Part shown: piece by piece, positions 1 through 11,040 of the stretch
Position numbering within the stretch: position 1 is the stretch's first letter
Layout: every line of letters starts with the position of its first letter
NCBI GenBank assembly: GCA_003284265.1
Contig: QBVV01000005.1
Coordinates: 500-64,499, forward strand
Length of the DNA stretch: 64,000 nucleotides
Direction: 5' to 3'
DNA from: SAR116 cluster bacterium AG-313-A07
Lineage (GTDB): Bacteria > Pseudomonadota > Alphaproteobacteria > Thalassobaculales > Thalassobaculaceae
The notes under the pieces: model-generated
Told to the model about the DNA's origin: nothing
The model's input: only the letters and a program-made list of their open reading frames with translations
Databases searched by the model: none
Made by a program: the position numbers and the translations under genes

Positions 1-293
1 TGAAATGCGCTCTTTCTGCTAAACGGGCAGAGGGAAAGCTGATAGTCGTAGATAAAATAGAGACTACAGGAAAAACAAAAGAGATAGCAAAGCAACTTTC
101 TTTGTTGGGGGTCGCTTCTACGTTATTAATTGACGGACTCGAGATTAATAACGGATTCGCGAGGGCCGCAAGAAATATACCGAAAACCGATATTCTTCCG
201 TGTCAGGGTGCTAATGTTTATGACATCCTGCGACGGGACACACTTATTTTAACCCGTGATGCTGTACACCAATTAGAGGAGCGGCTTAAATGA
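1..293 (+). CDS. rplD: 50S ribosomal protein L4, C-terminal part (5' end upstream of window; frame begins at nt 3)
   Basis: The frame is open from the window edge through ORF 102..293. It sits directly upstream of L23-L2-S19, the canonical S10-operon order. Its TGA stop overlaps the next ATG (ATGA at 290-293). Confidence 0.8.
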   Translation, partial: KCALSAKRAEGKLIVVDKIETTGKTKEIAKQLSLLGVASTLLIDGLEINNGFARAARNIPKTDILPCQGANVYDILRRDTLILTRDAVHQLEERLK

Positions 294-619
294 GTATTAG
301 GCCACATAATGCTAGCCAAGTAAAATTAACTCGAGAACAGATGTATGAAATCATCCGAGAGCCAATAGTTACAGAAAAAAGTACACTAGGGTCACAATTT
401 GGACAGGTGACATTTAAAGTGGGCTTATTGGCAACAAAGCCAGAGATAAAGGTTGCGGTGGAACAACTTTTTGATCGTAAGGTCAAAGCAGTAAACACAC
501 TAAGGCAAAAAGGAAAAGTTAAAAGATTCCGCGGAAGAATCGGTCGCAGATCAGATTTTAAGAAGGCGGTGGTTAGTTTTGAAGATGGCCAAGATGTCGA
601 TGTTAGTCAGGGAGTTTAA
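290..619 (+). CDS. rplW: 50S ribosomal protein L23
   Basis: 109 aa with an L23-like core ([14 protein letters not shown]...). Lies between L4 and L2. Confidence 0.9.
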   Translation: MSIRPHNASQVKLTREQMYEIIREPIVTEKSTLGSQFGQVTFKVGLLATKPEIKVAVEQLFDRKVKAVNTLRQKGKVKRFRGRIGRRSDFKKAVVSFEDGQDVDVSQGV

Positions 620-624
620 GGCAA

Positions 625-1449
625 ATGGCTCTAAAACATTATAATCCCACAACACCTTCACAGCGTCAGTTAATTACGGTAGATCGCTCTGAACTCTGGA
701 AAGGGAAACCCGTAAAAAAATTAACTAGGGGGCTCACGAAGTCAGGCGGTCGAAATAATAAAGGGCGTATCACTATGTGGCACCGTGGTGGTGGACACAA
801 GCGTACCTACCGTATAGTCGATTTCAAGCGTCGGAAGCTGGACGTAGAAGGTACAGTGCAACGACTAGAATATGACCCGAATAGAACGGCTTTCATAGCT
901 CTAATCGAGTACGATGATGGTGAGCAGGCGTATATAATTGCTCCACAGCGACTGGGCATTGGAGATAAAATTTTAGCTGCACAACGCGCGGATATTAAAC
1001 CCGGAAATGCGATGCCTATAAGCAGTATACCCGTTGGTACAATAATACATAATGTTGAATTGAAGCCAGGAAAAGGTGGGCAGCTGGCACGGTCAGCTGG
1101 TGCATACGTGCAACTCGTAGGTCGGGAATCAGGGTATGCATTGCTTCGACTAACTTCGGGGGAAGTTCGAAGAGTTCGGGCGGAGTGTATGGCTTCGATA
1201 GGGGCGGTCTCTAACCCAGACCAAAAGAATACTAACCTAGGCAAGGCAGGTAGGAAACGCTGGTTGGGGCGTCGACCGGTCGTTAGAGGCGTGGTTATGA
1301 ATCCAATAGATCATCCTCATGGCGGTGGCGAGGGAAGAACTTCGGGTGGACGGCATCCTGTCACTCCATGGGGTGTGCCGACAAAAGGGAAGCGTACACG
1401 GAACAACAAAAAGACTGATCGGCTGATCGTTCGCCGTCGTCGTAAATAG
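625..1449 (+). CDS. rplB: 50S ribosomal protein L2
   Basis: 274 aa with hallmark L2 motifs (GGGHKRxYR, [13 protein letters not shown]). Confidence 0.98.
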   Translation: MALKHYNPTTPSQRQLITVDRSELWKGKPVKKLTRGLTKSGGRNNKGRITMWHRGGGHKRTYRIVDFKRRKLDVEGTVQRLEYDPNRTAFIALIEYDDGEQAYIIAPQRLGIGDKILAAQRADIKPGNAMPISSIPVGTIIHNVELKPGKGGQLARSAGAYVQLVGRESGYALLRLTSGEVRRVRAECMASIGAVSNPDQKNTNLGKAGRKRWLGRRPVVRGVVMNPIDHPHGGGEGRTSGGRHPVTPWGVPTKGKRTRNNKKTDRLIVRRRRK

Positions 1450-1463
1450 AAGAGGATAAAAAA

Positions 1464-1739
1464 TTGGCTCGCTCTGTTTGGAAAGGCCCTTTCGTTGACG
1501 GTTATCTGCTTAAAAAAGCAGAGGCAACTTTAGCGTCGGGTCGTAACACAGTTATAAAAATTTGGTCGCGGCGTTCTACTATTATGCCCCAGTTCGTGGG
1601 CTTAACATTTGGTGTGCATAATGGGCAGAAGTTCGTACCTGTATTGGTGACAGAGCATATGGTCGGGCATAAGTTTGGAGAATTTGCTCCCACACGTACT
1701 TACTTTGGGCATGCAGCTGACAAGAAGGCTCGTCGCTAG
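1464..1739 (+). CDS. rpsS: 30S ribosomal protein S19 (TTG start)
   Basis: 91 aa starting [12 protein letters not shown], with [11 protein letters not shown]. Confidence 0.97.
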   Translation: MARSVWKGPFVDGYLLKKAEATLASGRNTVIKIWSRRSTIMPQFVGLTFGVHNGQKFVPVLVTEHMVGHKFGEFAPTRTYFGHAADKKARR

Positions 1740-1757
1740 AAACTGGGATGAACGATA

Positions 1758-2138
1758 ATGGGTAAAACTTCGGCAGGAAGAAAAGTGGCAGAGAACGAGG
1801 CGTATGCGGTTCTTCGCAATCTTAGGGTAAGTCCCCAAAAACTAAATTTGGTAGCGACGATGATTCGGGGTATGGACGCTGAAAAGGCTCTCGCTGCCCT
1901 AACATTTTCGCGAAGACGGATCAGTGATGACGTAAAAAAAGCGGTGCAATCGGCTATAGCAAACGCCGAGAACAACCATCAGCTTGACGTGGATAGATTG
2001 TTTATAAAGGAAGCTTCTGTTGGAAAAGCGATCACCATGCGACGTTTCCGCCCGCGAGCAAGAGGTCGAACAGGAAGAATAAGAAAACCATTCTCCCATT
2101 TGACTGTTATAGTCAGTGAACGACAGGAGGCTGTATAA
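1758..2138 (+). CDS. rplV: 50S ribosomal protein L22
   Basis: 126 aa, L22-like ([16 protein letters not shown]). Operon position fits. Confidence 0.96.
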   Translation: MGKTSAGRKVAENEAYAVLRNLRVSPQKLNLVATMIRGMDAEKALAALTFSRRRISDDVKKAVQSAIANAENNHQLDVDRLFIKEASVGKAITMRRFRPRARGRTGRIRKPFSHLTVIVSERQEAV

Positions 2139-2824
2139 TGGGGCACAAAGTTAATCCAATCGGCCTTAGGCTTGGTATAAATAGAACGTGGGACTCGAGG
2201 TGGTTTGCGGTAAAAAACTATGCCGATTTGTTGCATCAGGATCTGAAATTACGTGGATATCTGCGGAAACGTCTTCAACAAGCGGGGGTTAGCAGGGTCG
2301 TAATTGAACGTCCGGCTAAGAGGGCGCGAGTTACTATTTATACAGCGCGACCTGGTGTTGTCATAGGGAAGAAGGGCGGTGACATTGAGAAGTTGAGGTC
2401 TGAGCTCTCAGCGATGACGGACACGGATGTTCATTTAAACATTATTGAAATAAGAAAGCCCGAGATTGATGCCAATTTGATAGCTGAAAATATAGCCCAG
2501 CAACTTAGCCGTCGAGTGGCATTTAGACGGGCAATGAAGCGCGCGGTCCAATCTGCTATGCGTTTAGGTGCATTGGGGATAAGGATAAACTGCGCTGGCC
2601 GTTTGGGGGGCGCGGAAATAGCCAGAACAGAATGGTACCGGGAAGGACGTGTCCCGTTACATACGCTCCGTGCCGATATTGATTATGGTGAGGCGACAGC
2701 CCAGACAACGTATGGTGCTTGTGGAGTGAAAGTATGGGTTTTTAAAGGCGAAATAATGGCACACGACCCGATGGCTCAAGATAAAAGAATGTCAGAGCAG
2801 CAACTAGGTGGTCCACAGCGGTAA
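2138..2824 (+). CDS. rpsC: 30S ribosomal protein S3
   Basis: 228 aa starting [13 protein letters not shown], with a KH domain. Confidence 0.97.
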   Translation: MGHKVNPIGLRLGINRTWDSRWFAVKNYADLLHQDLKLRGYLRKRLQQAGVSRVVIERPAKRARVTIYTARPGVVIGKKGGDIEKLRSELSAMTDTDVHLNIIEIRKPEIDANLIAENIAQQLSRRVAFRRAMKRAVQSAMRLGALGIRINCAGRLGGAEIARTEWYREGRVPLHTLRADIDYGEATAQTTYGACGVKVWVFKGEIMAHDPMAQDKRMSEQQLGGPQR

Positions 2825-2852
2825 GCTGGTTTGGTAAAGAGGAAACTGAAAG

Positions 2853-3269
2853 ATGCTTAGTCCAAAACGAACTAAATTTCGAAAAGCGCATAAAGGCCGG
2901 ATTCACGGTAATGCAAAAGGTGGTACTCAGCTGAATTTTGGGTCTTATGGTCTAAAAGCCTTAACCCCGGCGCGGGTAACCGCCCGTCAAATAGAGGCTG
3001 CTCGGCGCGCAATTACTAGGCATATACGGCGAGCTGGCAGAGTCTGGATTCGAATATTCCCCGACGTTCCGGTCTCCAGTAAACCTGCAGAGGTAAGAAT
3101 GGGGAAAGGAAAGGGATCTCCTGAGTTCTGGGTTTGTCGAGTGAAGCCAGGAAGAGTAATGTTTGAGCTTGAGGGAGTTCCGCGCGACCTAGCTCAACAG
3201 GCTTTTACTTTAGCTTCAGCGAAACTACCAGTAGATACCCGCTTCATAACCCGTCTTGGTGATAATTAG
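2853..3269 (+). CDS. rplP: 50S ribosomal protein L16
   Basis: 138 aa starting [16 protein letters not shown]. Confidence 0.97.
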   Translation: MLSPKRTKFRKAHKGRIHGNAKGGTQLNFGSYGLKALTPARVTARQIEAARRAITRHIRRAGRVWIRIFPDVPVSSKPAEVRMGKGKGSPEFWVCRVKPGRVMFELEGVPRDLAQQAFTLASAKLPVDTRFITRLGDN

Positions 3270-3286
3270 GGTAGGAGAGTTAAAAA

Positions 3287-3493
3287 ATGGCTAAAAAGAC
3301 CGCTGTTGATTACAGAGCAAAGACTGAAGATGAATTGGAGGCACAGTTAGTTGAGCTGCGAAAGGAACAGTTCAATCTTCGTTTCCAGGTGGCAAATGGA
3401 CAGCTGGAGAACACTGCTCGGTTTAGACAGGTGCGAAGAGATATAGCGAGAACTAAATTAATTATTTCGGAAAAAAGTCGGGCCGTTGCCTGA
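3287..3493 (+). CDS. rpmC: 50S ribosomal protein L29
   Basis: 68 aa, L29-like ([12 protein letters not shown]). Operon position fits. Confidence 0.93.
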   Translation: MAKKTAVDYRAKTEDELEAQLVELRKEQFNLRFQVANGQLENTARFRQVRRDIARTKLIISEKSRAVA

Positions 3494-3530
3494 AAAGTAG
3501 CCATTTAGTGGCCAAGAGGAGTTAGTCAAA

Positions 3531-3773
3531 ATGCCGAAACGAGAATTACAAGGCATAGTTGTAAGTGATAAGGCAGATAAAACCGTTGTTGTTAAAGTCG
3601 AGCGTCGTATCGTGCATCCCGTGTACAAAAAAATTATTAAACGTTCTAAGCGATTTGCGGCTCATGACGAAAACAATAAGCATAAAATGGGCGAGATTGT
3701 TCGAATTCGGGAATGCGCGCCCAGATCGAAAAGAAAAACATGGGAAGTTGTCGATTTAGCTGTCGCTGAATAA
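3531..3773 (+). CDS. rpsQ: 30S ribosomal protein S17
   Basis: 80 aa containing [18 protein letters not shown] and HPxYKK. Confidence 0.95.
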   Translation: MPKRELQGIVVSDKADKTVVVKVERRIVHPVYKKIIKRSKRFAAHDENNKHKMGEIVRIRECAPRSKRKTWEVVDLAVAE

Positions 3774-3795
3774 TAGATACTTAAGGATATTCGAT

Positions 3796-4164
3796 ATGAT
3801 CCAAATGCAATCAAATCTAGATATTGCGGATAACTCCGGGGCTCGGCGTGTGCAGTGTATTAAGGTCCTTGGAGGTTCAAAAAGAAAAGTTGCTGGAGTT
3901 GGTGATGTTATAGTTGTCTCTGTTAAGGAGGCTATTCCCAGGGGGCGTGTAAAAAAAGGCGAAGTTTTAAAGGCTGTTATTGTCAGGACAGCAAAGGAGA
4001 TAAGACGCGTTGATGGGACGGCAATCCGTTTTGATAGAAATGCAGCAGTTTTGATCAATAACCAGAACGAGCCCATCGGTACCCGGATCTTTGGACCTGT
4101 TACGAGAGAGCTTCGGGCTAAGCAGTTTATGAAAATAGTTTCCCTTGCGCCGGAGGTGCTTTAG
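3796..4164 (+). CDS. rplN: 50S ribosomal protein L14
   Basis: 122 aa starting [17 protein letters not shown]. Confidence 0.97.
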   Translation: MIQMQSNLDIADNSGARRVQCIKVLGGSKRKVAGVGDVIVVSVKEAIPRGRVKKGEVLKAVIVRTAKEIRRVDGTAIRFDRNAAVLINNQNEPIGTRIFGPVTRELRAKQFMKIVSLAPEVL

Positions 4165-4488
4165 ATGGCTAAAAAAATTAAGATTAGAAAAGGCGATAAC
4201 GTTATAGTCACTGCCGGGAAAGATAGCGGAAAAACTGGAGAGGTATTGCTTGTATATCCTAACATCTCGAGAGTACTGGTAAGGGGTGTTAATGTTGTAA
4301 AACGTCACACTAAACCCAGCCAGACAACGACAGGTGGAATAATGGAACGAGAGGCTTCCATTCACGTCTCAAATGTGGCCCATATAGATCCAAAAACGAA
4401 TAAGGCATCCAAAGTTGGGTATCGGTTTTTAGAGAACGGTCGCAAGGTGCGTTTTGCCAGAAGTTCTGGCGAAGTTATAGACGCGTAG
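4165..4488 (+). CDS. rplX: 50S ribosomal protein L24
   Basis: 107 aa with a KOW motif ([19 protein letters not shown]). Confidence 0.95.
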   Translation: MAKKIKIRKGDNVIVTAGKDSGKTGEVLLVYPNISRVLVRGVNVVKRHTKPSQTTTGGIMEREASIHVSNVAHIDPKTNKASKVGYRFLENGRKVRFARSSGEVIDA

Positions 4489-4508
4489 AACTAATGGAGT
4501 AGAGAAAA

Positions 4509-5048
4509 ATGACGCGTTTGAATGATTTATATACACAATCTATTCGCCCTGACCTTATCAAAGAGGCTGGTTATGCCAATCTTCTTCAAGTTCCTAAATT
4601 GGAAAAGATTGTAATTAATATGGGAATTGGCGAGGCTGTTCAGGACTCAAAGAAAGTTGCTGCGGCAGTTTCAGAATTGTCGTTAATAACTGGACAAAAA
4701 CCAATCACAACTAAGGCAAAGAAATCGGTTGCTGGGTTTAAGCTTCGAGAGGGGATGGCGATCGGATGTAAAGTCACACTTCGAAGAGATCGTATGTATG
4801 AGTTTTTGGATAGATTGATAACAATAGCTTTGCCGAGGGTGAGAGACTTTAGAGGGTTAAACCCTAGAAGTTTTGACGGTTATGGGAATTATGCGATGGG
4901 ATTGAAGGAGCAGATAGTCTTTCCTGAAATTGATTATGATCGTATCGATTCTGTGAGAGGTATGGATATCATTTTTGTAACATCTGCTAAAACAGATGAT
5001 GAGGCGCGGGAGCTCTTGCGTCGTTTTAGTTTCCCATTCGAAAAGTGA
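4509..5048 (+). CDS. rplE: 50S ribosomal protein L5
   Basis: 179 aa, L5-like ([15 protein letters not shown]). Confidence 0.97.
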   Translation: MTRLNDLYTQSIRPDLIKEAGYANLLQVPKLEKIVINMGIGEAVQDSKKVAAAVSELSLITGQKPITTKAKKSVAGFKLREGMAIGCKVTLRRDRMYEFLDRLITIALPRVRDFRGLNPRSFDGYGNYAMGLKEQIVFPEIDYDRIDSVRGMDIIFVTSAKTDDEARELLRRFSFPFEK

Positions 5049-5067
5049 TTGGGGAAGGAGAGGGCAA

Positions 5068-5373
5068 ATGGCCAGAAAAAGTTCAATAGAAAAAAATAAG
5101 AATAGAGAGAAATTAGTCGCTATGCATGCGGCTAAACGGATGCGTCTTAAAGCTACGGTTAAAGATAAGGAGCTTCCAATCGAAGAGCGGTTCAACGCAG
5201 GCTTGAAGCTGAGCGAGATGCCAAGAAACGGGGCAAGAATTCGCCTGAGAAATAGATGTCAGGTTACAGGGCGACCCAGAGGTTATTATAGAAAATTCAA
5301 AATGTCACGAATAGCATTACGCGATTTGGGTTCAACTGGGCAAGTACCAGGTCTTGTAAAATCTAGTTGGTAG
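5068..5373 (+). CDS. rpsN: 30S ribosomal protein S14 (long, non-zinc type)
   Basis: Start trimmed to the ATG at 5068 ([11 protein letters not shown]...), which follows GGAGAGGG. The track ORF from 4996 overlaps the rplE 3' end. The C-terminus ends ...VKSSW. Confidence 0.94.
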   Translation: MARKSSIEKNKNREKLVAMHAAKRMRLKATVKDKELPIEERFNAGLKLSEMPRNGARIRLRNRCQVTGRPRGYYRKFKMSRIALRDLGSTGQVPGLVKSSW

Positions 5374-5382
5374 GAGGCAGCA

Positions 5383-5787
5383 ATGACGATGAGCGATCCG
5401 CTTGGAGATATGTTAACAAGAATCCGGAATGGTCAGCAGGCGCGAAAGAATGTGGTGTCTTCGCCAGCCTCCCGGATGCGCAGTAATGTTTTGGAAGTCC
5501 TAAAAAGAGAGGGCTATATTCGAGGTTTCACTAGTAATTTATCTGAAGAAACAGAGAATTGTTCCCATCTTAATATAGAGTTAAAATACTATGAGGGGGA
5601 ACCAGTCATTCGAGAAATAAAACGAATATCAAAGCCGGGCCGTCGAGTTTACTCGAAAATTAATGAGTTGCCACGAGTTTTCAATGGGCTTGGTATTTCT
5701 ATAATCTCGACCCCACAAGGTGTGATGTCAGATAACGAGGCGAGAGCCGCAAATGTTGGTGGTGAAGTCTTATGTCACGTATTTTAG
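5383..5787 (+). CDS. rpsH: 30S ribosomal protein S8
   Basis: 134 aa containing [13 protein letters not shown]. Confidence 0.95.
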   Translation: MTMSDPLGDMLTRIRNGQQARKNVVSSPASRMRSNVLEVLKREGYIRGFTSNLSEETENCSHLNIELKYYEGEPVIREIKRISKPGRRVYSKINELPRVFNGLGISIISTPQGVMSDNEARAANVGGEVLCHVF

Positions 5788-5802
5788 GCTGGAGTAGATT
5801 TA

Positions 5803-6336
5803 ATGTCGAGAATAGGTAAAAATCCGGTTGCTGTCCCAGACGGGGTTACAGTGGAAATCATAGATAGCATTCTGAATGTGAAAGGTAAGTTGGGTCAGCA
5901 ATCACTTACTTTATCCGATGAAGTGCAGGTTACATTAGACGGAAATATAGTTTCCGTATCACCAAAGTCGAAAACAAAACAATCGCGATCAATGTGGGGA
6001 ACGACGCGGGCGCGGATAAATAATATGTTAATAGGAGTAAATGAAGGTTTCACGGTTGATTTAGAAATAAATGGTGTGGGATACAGGGCTGCGGTAGAAG
6101 GACGGGATTTGGTTTTAGCTCTTGGTTACAGCCATCCTGTGCGCTACGCGATACCTGAGGGTGTTAATATGAAGTGTGAACGTCCAACAGCAATATCTAT
6201 TCATGGTAGCGACAAGCAGCAGGTTGGACAATTAGCTTCAGAGATCAGGGCATATAGGCCTCCAGAACCTTTTAAAGGTAAAGGAATCAAATATGCACAC
6301 GAAACAATACGCCGCAAAGAAGGCAAGAAGAAATAG
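5803..6336 (+). CDS. rplF: 50S ribosomal protein L6
   Basis: 177 aa starting [15 protein letters not shown]. Confidence 0.96.
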   Translation: MSRIGKNPVAVPDGVTVEIIDSILNVKGKLGQQSLTLSDEVQVTLDGNIVSVSPKSKTKQSRSMWGTTRARINNMLIGVNEGFTVDLEINGVGYRAAVEGRDLVLALGYSHPVRYAIPEGVNMKCERPTAISIHGSDKQQVGQLASEIRAYRPPEPFKGKGIKYAHETIRRKEGKKK

Positions 6337-6347
6337 GGGCAAATAGG

Positions 6348-6710
6348 ATGCTTAAAACCAAAGAACTTTTTTCGAAGCGCGTACAACGCAACAGGTCTGC
6401 TCTTCGACGGAAGTCTCCTGACAAGGTTCGACTTTCGGTATTTAGATCATCCAAAAATATTTATGCGCAACTTATCGACGACTCTCAAGGACTTACCGTT
6501 GCTTCTGCGTCGTCATTAGAAAAGGATCTGCGTAATTCTTTGAAGACTGGTGCTGATAAATCTGCAGCTGAAGCGGTCGGAAAGTTGGTTGCAGAAAGAG
6601 CTTTGGAAAAAGGGCTAAATGAGGTCGTTTTTGATCGTGGTGGATATAGATACCATGGTCGTGTAAAAGCTCTCGCTGATAGTGCACGCGAAGCTGGTCT
6701 TAAATTTTAA
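6348..6710 (+). CDS. rplR: 50S ribosomal protein L18
   Basis: 120 aa containing [18 protein letters not shown]. Confidence 0.95.
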   Translation: MLKTKELFSKRVQRNRSALRRKSPDKVRLSVFRSSKNIYAQLIDDSQGLTVASASSLEKDLRNSLKTGADKSAAEAVGKLVAERALEKGLNEVVFDRGGYRYHGRVKALADSAREAGLKF

Positions 6711-6722
6711 AGGGAGCCTCTA

Positions 6723-7286
6723 ATGGCACGTGGTGAAAGACAAGAACGTAGTAATAGAGATCAAAAAGAAGATCCGGAACTAATAGAAAAACTAGTCGGT
6801 ATAAACCGAGTGGCGAAAGTGGTCAAAGGAGGCAGAAGATTTGGTTTTGCCGCTCTCGTGGTTGTTGGGGACGGTCGTGGTCGGGTTGGTCATGGAGCGG
6901 GAAAGGCCCGAGAAGTTCCGGAGGCTATCAGAAAAGCTACTGATCAAGCGAAAAGAACGATGGTGAGGGTGCCATTAAGAGAAGGTAGAACGTTGCACCA
7001 CGATATGAAAGGCGATTATGGAGCTGGCCACGTAGTCCTTCGCTCTGCACCTGCCGGCACCGGCGTAATAGCGGGTGGTCCGATGCGCGCAATTTTCGAG
7101 TCGTTGGGGGTTCAAGATGTTGTTGCAAAGTCTACGGGATCATCAAATCCCCACAATATGATAAAGGCAACTTTTGACGCCTTAACCCGAATAGGCTCGC
7201 CACGTGCCGTTGCGGGAAAAAGGGGGAAAAAAGTGGCAGAGATTTTTGGACGGAATTCAAACGACGGCGAGCCGTCACGGACCTAG
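6723..7286 (+). CDS. rpsE: 30S ribosomal protein S5
   Basis: 187 aa containing [16 protein letters not shown]. Confidence 0.96.
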   Translation: MARGERQERSNRDQKEDPELIEKLVGINRVAKVVKGGRRFGFAALVVVGDGRGRVGHGAGKAREVPEAIRKATDQAKRTMVRVPLREGRTLHHDMKGDYGAGHVVLRSAPAGTGVIAGGPMRAIFESLGVQDVVAKSTGSSNPHNMIKATFDALTRIGSPRAVAGKRGKKVAEIFGRNSNDGEPSRT

Positions 7287-7320
7287 GGCTCTAAAGTTAT
7301 TATCTCAGGTGGAGTAACAA

Positions 7321-7524
7321 ATGAATAAAGTTAAAAAAGGAAACGGTGTTCTGACCATCACCCAGATTAAGAGTGCTATTGGAAGAAAACCGGGTCAGAA
7401 AGAGACTTTGATTGGGCTTGGCCTGAATAAGCTTCATAAGACTAGCACGCTAGAGGACACACCGGCCATTCGTGGGATGATTGATAAAGTGAGCCATCTT
7501 TTGAAAATCGAAGATAATAGGTAG
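7321..7524 (+). CDS. rpmD: 50S ribosomal protein L30
   Basis: 67 aa. Lies between S5 and L15, and the sequence is L30-like ([18 protein letters not shown]). Confidence 0.9.
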   Translation: MNKVKKGNGVLTITQIKSAIGRKPGQKETLIGLGLNKLHKTSTLEDTPAIRGMIDKVSHLLKIEDNR

Positions 7525-7570
7525 CAACTAATAGAGTAACGATATTAGCCTCCTAGGAGACTGTAGGAAA

Positions 7571-8047
7571 ATGAGATTAAACGAGCTTAAAGATAATGAA
7601 GGGGCCCGAACCGAAAGAAAAAGGGTCGGGCGAGGTGCTGGATCAGGAACTGGAAAAACCAGTGGCAAAGGGCATAAGGGACAAAAATCAAGAGCTGGAG
7701 CTACAATCAATGGTTTTGAGGGCGGCCAAATGCCAATATACAGGCGGCTTCCAAAAAGAGGGTTCAAAAATCCATTTAGAAAGCAATATGCAATCGTGAA
7801 TTTAGGTGATGTGCAGAAAGCTATCGAGGACGGAAGGCTCGAAAAGGGTGCGGAATTAGATGAAAAAATTCTACGTGAGGCCGGCTTAGCTGGTAAAAAA
7901 AATCTGAAAATCCGGTTGCTTGCCAAGGGCGATTTCAAATCAAAAATTACGATGAGGGTGGCCGGAGCATCCAAATCGGCGTTGGCTGCCGTAGAGAAAG
8001 CAGGTGGGGCAGTCATTCTAGAACAGACTACTGACAGTAATAGCTAG
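7571..8047 (+). CDS. rplO: 50S ribosomal protein L15
   Basis: 158 aa starting [12 protein letters not shown], with a Gly/Lys-rich N-terminus. Confidence 0.95.
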   Translation: MRLNELKDNEGARTERKRVGRGAGSGTGKTSGKGHKGQKSRAGATINGFEGGQMPIYRRLPKRGFKNPFRKQYAIVNLGDVQKAIEDGRLEKGAELDEKILREAGLAGKKNLKIRLLAKGDFKSKITMRVAGASKSALAAVEKAGGAVILEQTTDSNS

Positions 8048-8057
8048 GATAAAAAGC

Positions 8058-9404
8058 ATGGCGTCAAGCGCCGAACAATTTGCATCATCCTTTAATTTTG
8101 GCGCCTTATCAAAGGCGGCTGATCTTAAGAAACGTATTTGGTTCACTTTAGCGGCATTAGTCGTGTATCGATTGGGAACCTATATTCCTATTCCGGGGAT
8201 TGATCCAGCAGTTCTTAAGGAGATATTTGATCAAAATGCAGGTGGCATATTGGGTATGTTTGATATGTTCGCAGGCGGCGCTTTGGGGCGTATGACAATC
8301 TTCGCACTTAACATAATGCCTTATATATCCGCAGCTATAATAATGCAGTTAATGACTGCGGTGTCGCCAAACCTCGACACTCTAAAAAAAGAAGGAGAGG
8401 CCGGCCGAAAAAAAATTAACCAATACACTAGATATTTGACTGTTTTACTCGCGGCGGTTCAGGCATATGGTATTTCTGTTGGTCTAGAAAACATGGCTAG
8501 TGGCGGTGGTGCCGCGGTGGTAAACCCTGGCCTTTTTTTTCGGGCCACGACAGTTATTACCCTGGTTGGTGGAACGGTATTTTTGATGTGGTTGGGTGAA
8601 CAAATCACCGCGAGGGGAATTGGTAATGGTATTTCATTAATTATCTTCGCGGGTATTGTAGCCAATTTACCTCAGGCGCTAGCCGGAACGCTAGAGTTGG
8701 GACGTACAGGTGCTCTTTCTGCGGCGTTCATTGTTTTGCTGCTGTTGATGGCGGTTGCTGTGATTGCGTTCATAGTATTCATCGAACGATCGCAAAGAAA
8801 AATTACAGTTCAGTATCCTAAGCGTCAGATGGGTAATAAGATGACAGGTGGAGAATCGTCGCATCTTCCATTGAAATTAAATGTATCGGGTGTAATACCA
8901 CCCATTTTTGCAAGTTCAATCTTGCTTATGCCTGTAACATTTGCCCAATTCTCGGCTAGTGGAGGTGGGCCAGAATGGCTGACAACAATAAATGCACTTC
9001 TTGGAAGAGGACAGCCTCTCTATCTAGCGGTTTATATTGGACTAATTGTTTTCTTTGCATTTTTCTATACAGCTATAGTTTTTAATCCTGTCGAAACAGC
9101 GGACAACCTGAAAAAATATGGTGGGTTTGTCCCCGGGATAAGACCAGGAAAAAATACGGCTGATTATTTAGACTATGTTTTGACACGTTTAACTGGGGTT
9201 GGAGCAGCATATTTAGCAGCCGTGTGCATTTTACCTGAAATTCTCATTAGTCAATATCAGGTTCCCTTCTACTTTGGAGGTACTAGTCTTTTGATCGTGG
9301 TTACTGTGACCCTAGATACTGTAGGACAGGTGCAATCTCATCTCCTAGCGCATCAATATGACGGATTGATAAAAAAATCGAAGTTGCGAGGGAAAAGAGG
9401 ATGA
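8058..9404 (+). CDS. secY: Preprotein translocase subunit SecY
   Basis: 448 aa, multi-TM, SecY-like throughout. Its position after rplO is canonical. Confidence 0.97.
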   Translation: MASSAEQFASSFNFGALSKAADLKKRIWFTLAALVVYRLGTYIPIPGIDPAVLKEIFDQNAGGILGMFDMFAGGALGRMTIFALNIMPYISAAIIMQLMTAVSPNLDTLKKEGEAGRKKINQYTRYLTVLLAAVQAYGISVGLENMASGGGAAVVNPGLFFRATTVITLVGGTVFLMWLGEQITARGIGNGISLIIFAGIVANLPQALAGTLELGRTGALSAAFIVLLLLMAVAVIAFIVFIERSQRKITVQYPKRQMGNKMTGGESSHLPLKLNVSGVIPPIFASSILLMPVTFAQFSASGGGPEWLTTINALLGRGQPLYLAVYIGLIVFFAFFYTAIVFNPVETADNLKKYGGFVPGIRPGKNTADYLDYVLTRLTGVGAAYLAAVCILPEILISQYQVPFYFGGTSLLIVVTVTLDTVGQVQSHLLAHQYDGLIKKSKLRGKRG

Positions 9405-9976
9405 ATATAATTCTTCTTGGTCCTCCCGGTGCAGGGAAAGGAACTCAAGCACAATATTTAATAAGTGCTTTTGGCCTCAAACAACTTTCTACGGGGGATA
9501 TGTTAAGGGCTGCTATAGAAGAGGGTTCGGATCTCGGTAAGCAGGTTCAAATAATTGTTGATTCAGGTGATCTGGTCCCAGACGATATAATGATTGAAAT
9601 GATTACCACTCGTATTACTCGAACGGATTGTAAAGGGGGATTCATATTAGATGGATTTCCCCGTACTGTGCTACAAGCAGAAACATTAACCGAAGTCCTC
9701 TCGCAGAAAAAAATAAAGATAGACCATGTGATCGCTTTGGATGTAAAACTTAGTAGCTTACTTGATCGGATTAGAAATCGTGCGTTAGGAGCAACACAGG
9801 AGCAACGGCGACAGGATGATGATGAGGAAACTCTCAAGCACCGATTGAATGTATATAAGGAACAAACAGAGCCAATTTTGCCATACTATGAAAAATTGGG
9901 TTTGCTAAAAACAATAGATGGAATGCTTACTCCAGATGAGGTGAGCAAAAAAATTAACGACGTTTTGGCGAAGTGA
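9401..9976 (+). CDS. adk: Adenylate kinase (short-LID form, no zinc-finger Cys)
   Basis: P-loop GPPGAGKGTQ. 191 aa. The LID region (RIRNRALGATQEQRRQDDDEETLKHRL) is short. The gene overlaps the secY stop by 4 nt. Confidence 0.95.
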   Translation: MNIILLGPPGAGKGTQAQYLISAFGLKQLSTGDMLRAAIEEGSDLGKQVQIIVDSGDLVPDDIMIEMITTRITRTDCKGGFILDGFPRTVLQAETLTEVLSQKKIKIDHVIALDVKLSSLLDRIRNRALGATQEQRRQDDDEETLKHRLNVYKEQTEPILPYYEKLGLLKTIDGMLTPDEVSKKINDVLAK

Positions 9977-10000
9977 ACAGGAACAAAAGTTGGAACCGTA

Positions 10001-10028
10001 TTGACTTGAACGAATGCATTTGTATAAT
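10001..10028 (+). promoter_or_regulatory. Putative sigma70-type promoter for rpsM-rpsK-rpoA-rplQ
   Basis: TTGACT (10001-10006), a 16-nt spacer, then TATAAT (10023-10028) preceded by TG. It lies in the 148-nt adk-rpsM gap. Confidence 0.5.
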
Positions 10029-10133
10029 CCGGCGCCCTAGGTCAGCGTTGCTTCGGTATACAAAATTTAGTGTTTCTTTAAATAACGATTGTGATGGTTT
10101 GATGTTAGAAAAAGAGAAAAGGGAGTGCAAAAC

Positions 10134-10502
10134 TTGGCACGCATAGCGGGAATTAATATCCCAACTCAAAAACGTGTAGAAATAGCCTTGACTTATATAT
10201 ATGGGATCGGCAGGACAACGGCGACTGATCTCTGCAAGAAACTCGAAATTCCTGCAGAACGCCGGGTCAGTGAATTGATGGAAGAGGAGCTCACACGCCT
10301 ACGTGATATGATTGATTCTGACGTGGTAGTTGAGGGCGATTTGCGTCGTAAAACAGCAATGGATATCAAGCGGCTTATGGATTTAGGTTGCTATAAGGGA
10401 TTACGCCACCGTAAAGGTCTTCCTGTTCATGGCCAACGAACCCATACTAATGCGCGTACTCGAAAAGGCCCTGCTAGACCGATAGCAGGTAAAAAGAAAT
10501 AA
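10134..10502 (+). CDS. rpsM: 30S ribosomal protein S13 (probable TTG start)
   Basis: A TTG at 10134 gives the canonical [11 protein letters not shown]-terminus, about 9 nt after AAGGGAG. The track ORF starts at a GTG at 10125. Confidence 0.94.
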   Translation: MARIAGINIPTQKRVEIALTYIYGIGRTTATDLCKKLEIPAERRVSELMEEELTRLRDMIDSDVVVEGDLRRKTAMDIKRLMDLGCYKGLRHRKGLPVHGQRTHTNARTRKGPARPIAGKKK

Positions 10503-10535
10503 AACAGCTCAATACTTCTTGGAGTAGGTAAGAGA

Positions 10536-10931
10536 ATGGCAAAGCAACCAACTCAGGCTCGAGTTAGACGGCGAGAGCGAAAGAACATAATTTCAGGTGT
10601 GGCTCACGTAAATGCCACTTTCAACAATACGATGATAACAATTACAGACGCACAGGGTAATGCTATATCGTGGTCTTCGGCCGGTGCAATGGGATTCAAG
10701 GGCTCTAGGAAGTCAACACCATATGCGGCACAGGTGGCTGCAGAAGACGCAGGAAAAAAAGCTGCAGAGCATGGTATGAAGACCTTGGAAATAGAGGTTA
10801 GTGGTCCCGGTTCTGGTCGAGAATCAGCACTAAGGGCACTTCAGACAGTGGGCTTCCAGGTTAATTCTATTAAAGATGTTACACCGATCCCCCATAATGG
10901 ATGTCGCCCACCCAAAAGGCGTCGGGTCTAG
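10536..10931 (+). CDS. rpsK: 30S ribosomal protein S11
   Basis: 131 aa containing [18 protein letters not shown], with a C-terminal [13 protein letters not shown]. Confidence 0.96.
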   Translation: MAKQPTQARVRRRERKNIISGVAHVNATFNNTMITITDAQGNAISWSSAGAMGFKGSRKSTPYAAQVAAEDAGKKAAEHGMKTLEIEVSGPGSGRESALRALQTVGFQVNSIKDVTPIPHNGCRPPKRRRV

Positions 10932-11040
10932 TCTCGTTTTAGCTTTCTTTAATACAGCAAAGCAGGCGCGATTGTTGTGTTTATAATTATTAAGAAATAA
11001 CTAGGATAAAATCGTTCTAGTTTAAAATTGTGAGGTCGAT

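Noticed and set aside
4996-5067. Long N-terminal extensions in track ORFs (rpsN from 4996, rarA from 14077, rluC from 16502, potA-like from 61641, soxA to 36232, Rrf2 from 44745)
   Set aside because: The extensions overlap the upstream genes in another frame. Internal starts give canonical N-termini, with SD sequences or ATGA/GTGA stop-start overlaps.
7528-8016. 162-aa ORF antisense to rplO; similar antisense ORFs at 807-1244 (rplB), 3756-4076 (rplN), 53676-54272 (crotonase) and 63081-63506 (AbrB-family gene)
   Set aside because: These are shadow ORFs opposite strongly supported genes. The products are Pro/Ser/Ala/Arg-rich and low in complexity, and have no ribosome-binding sites.
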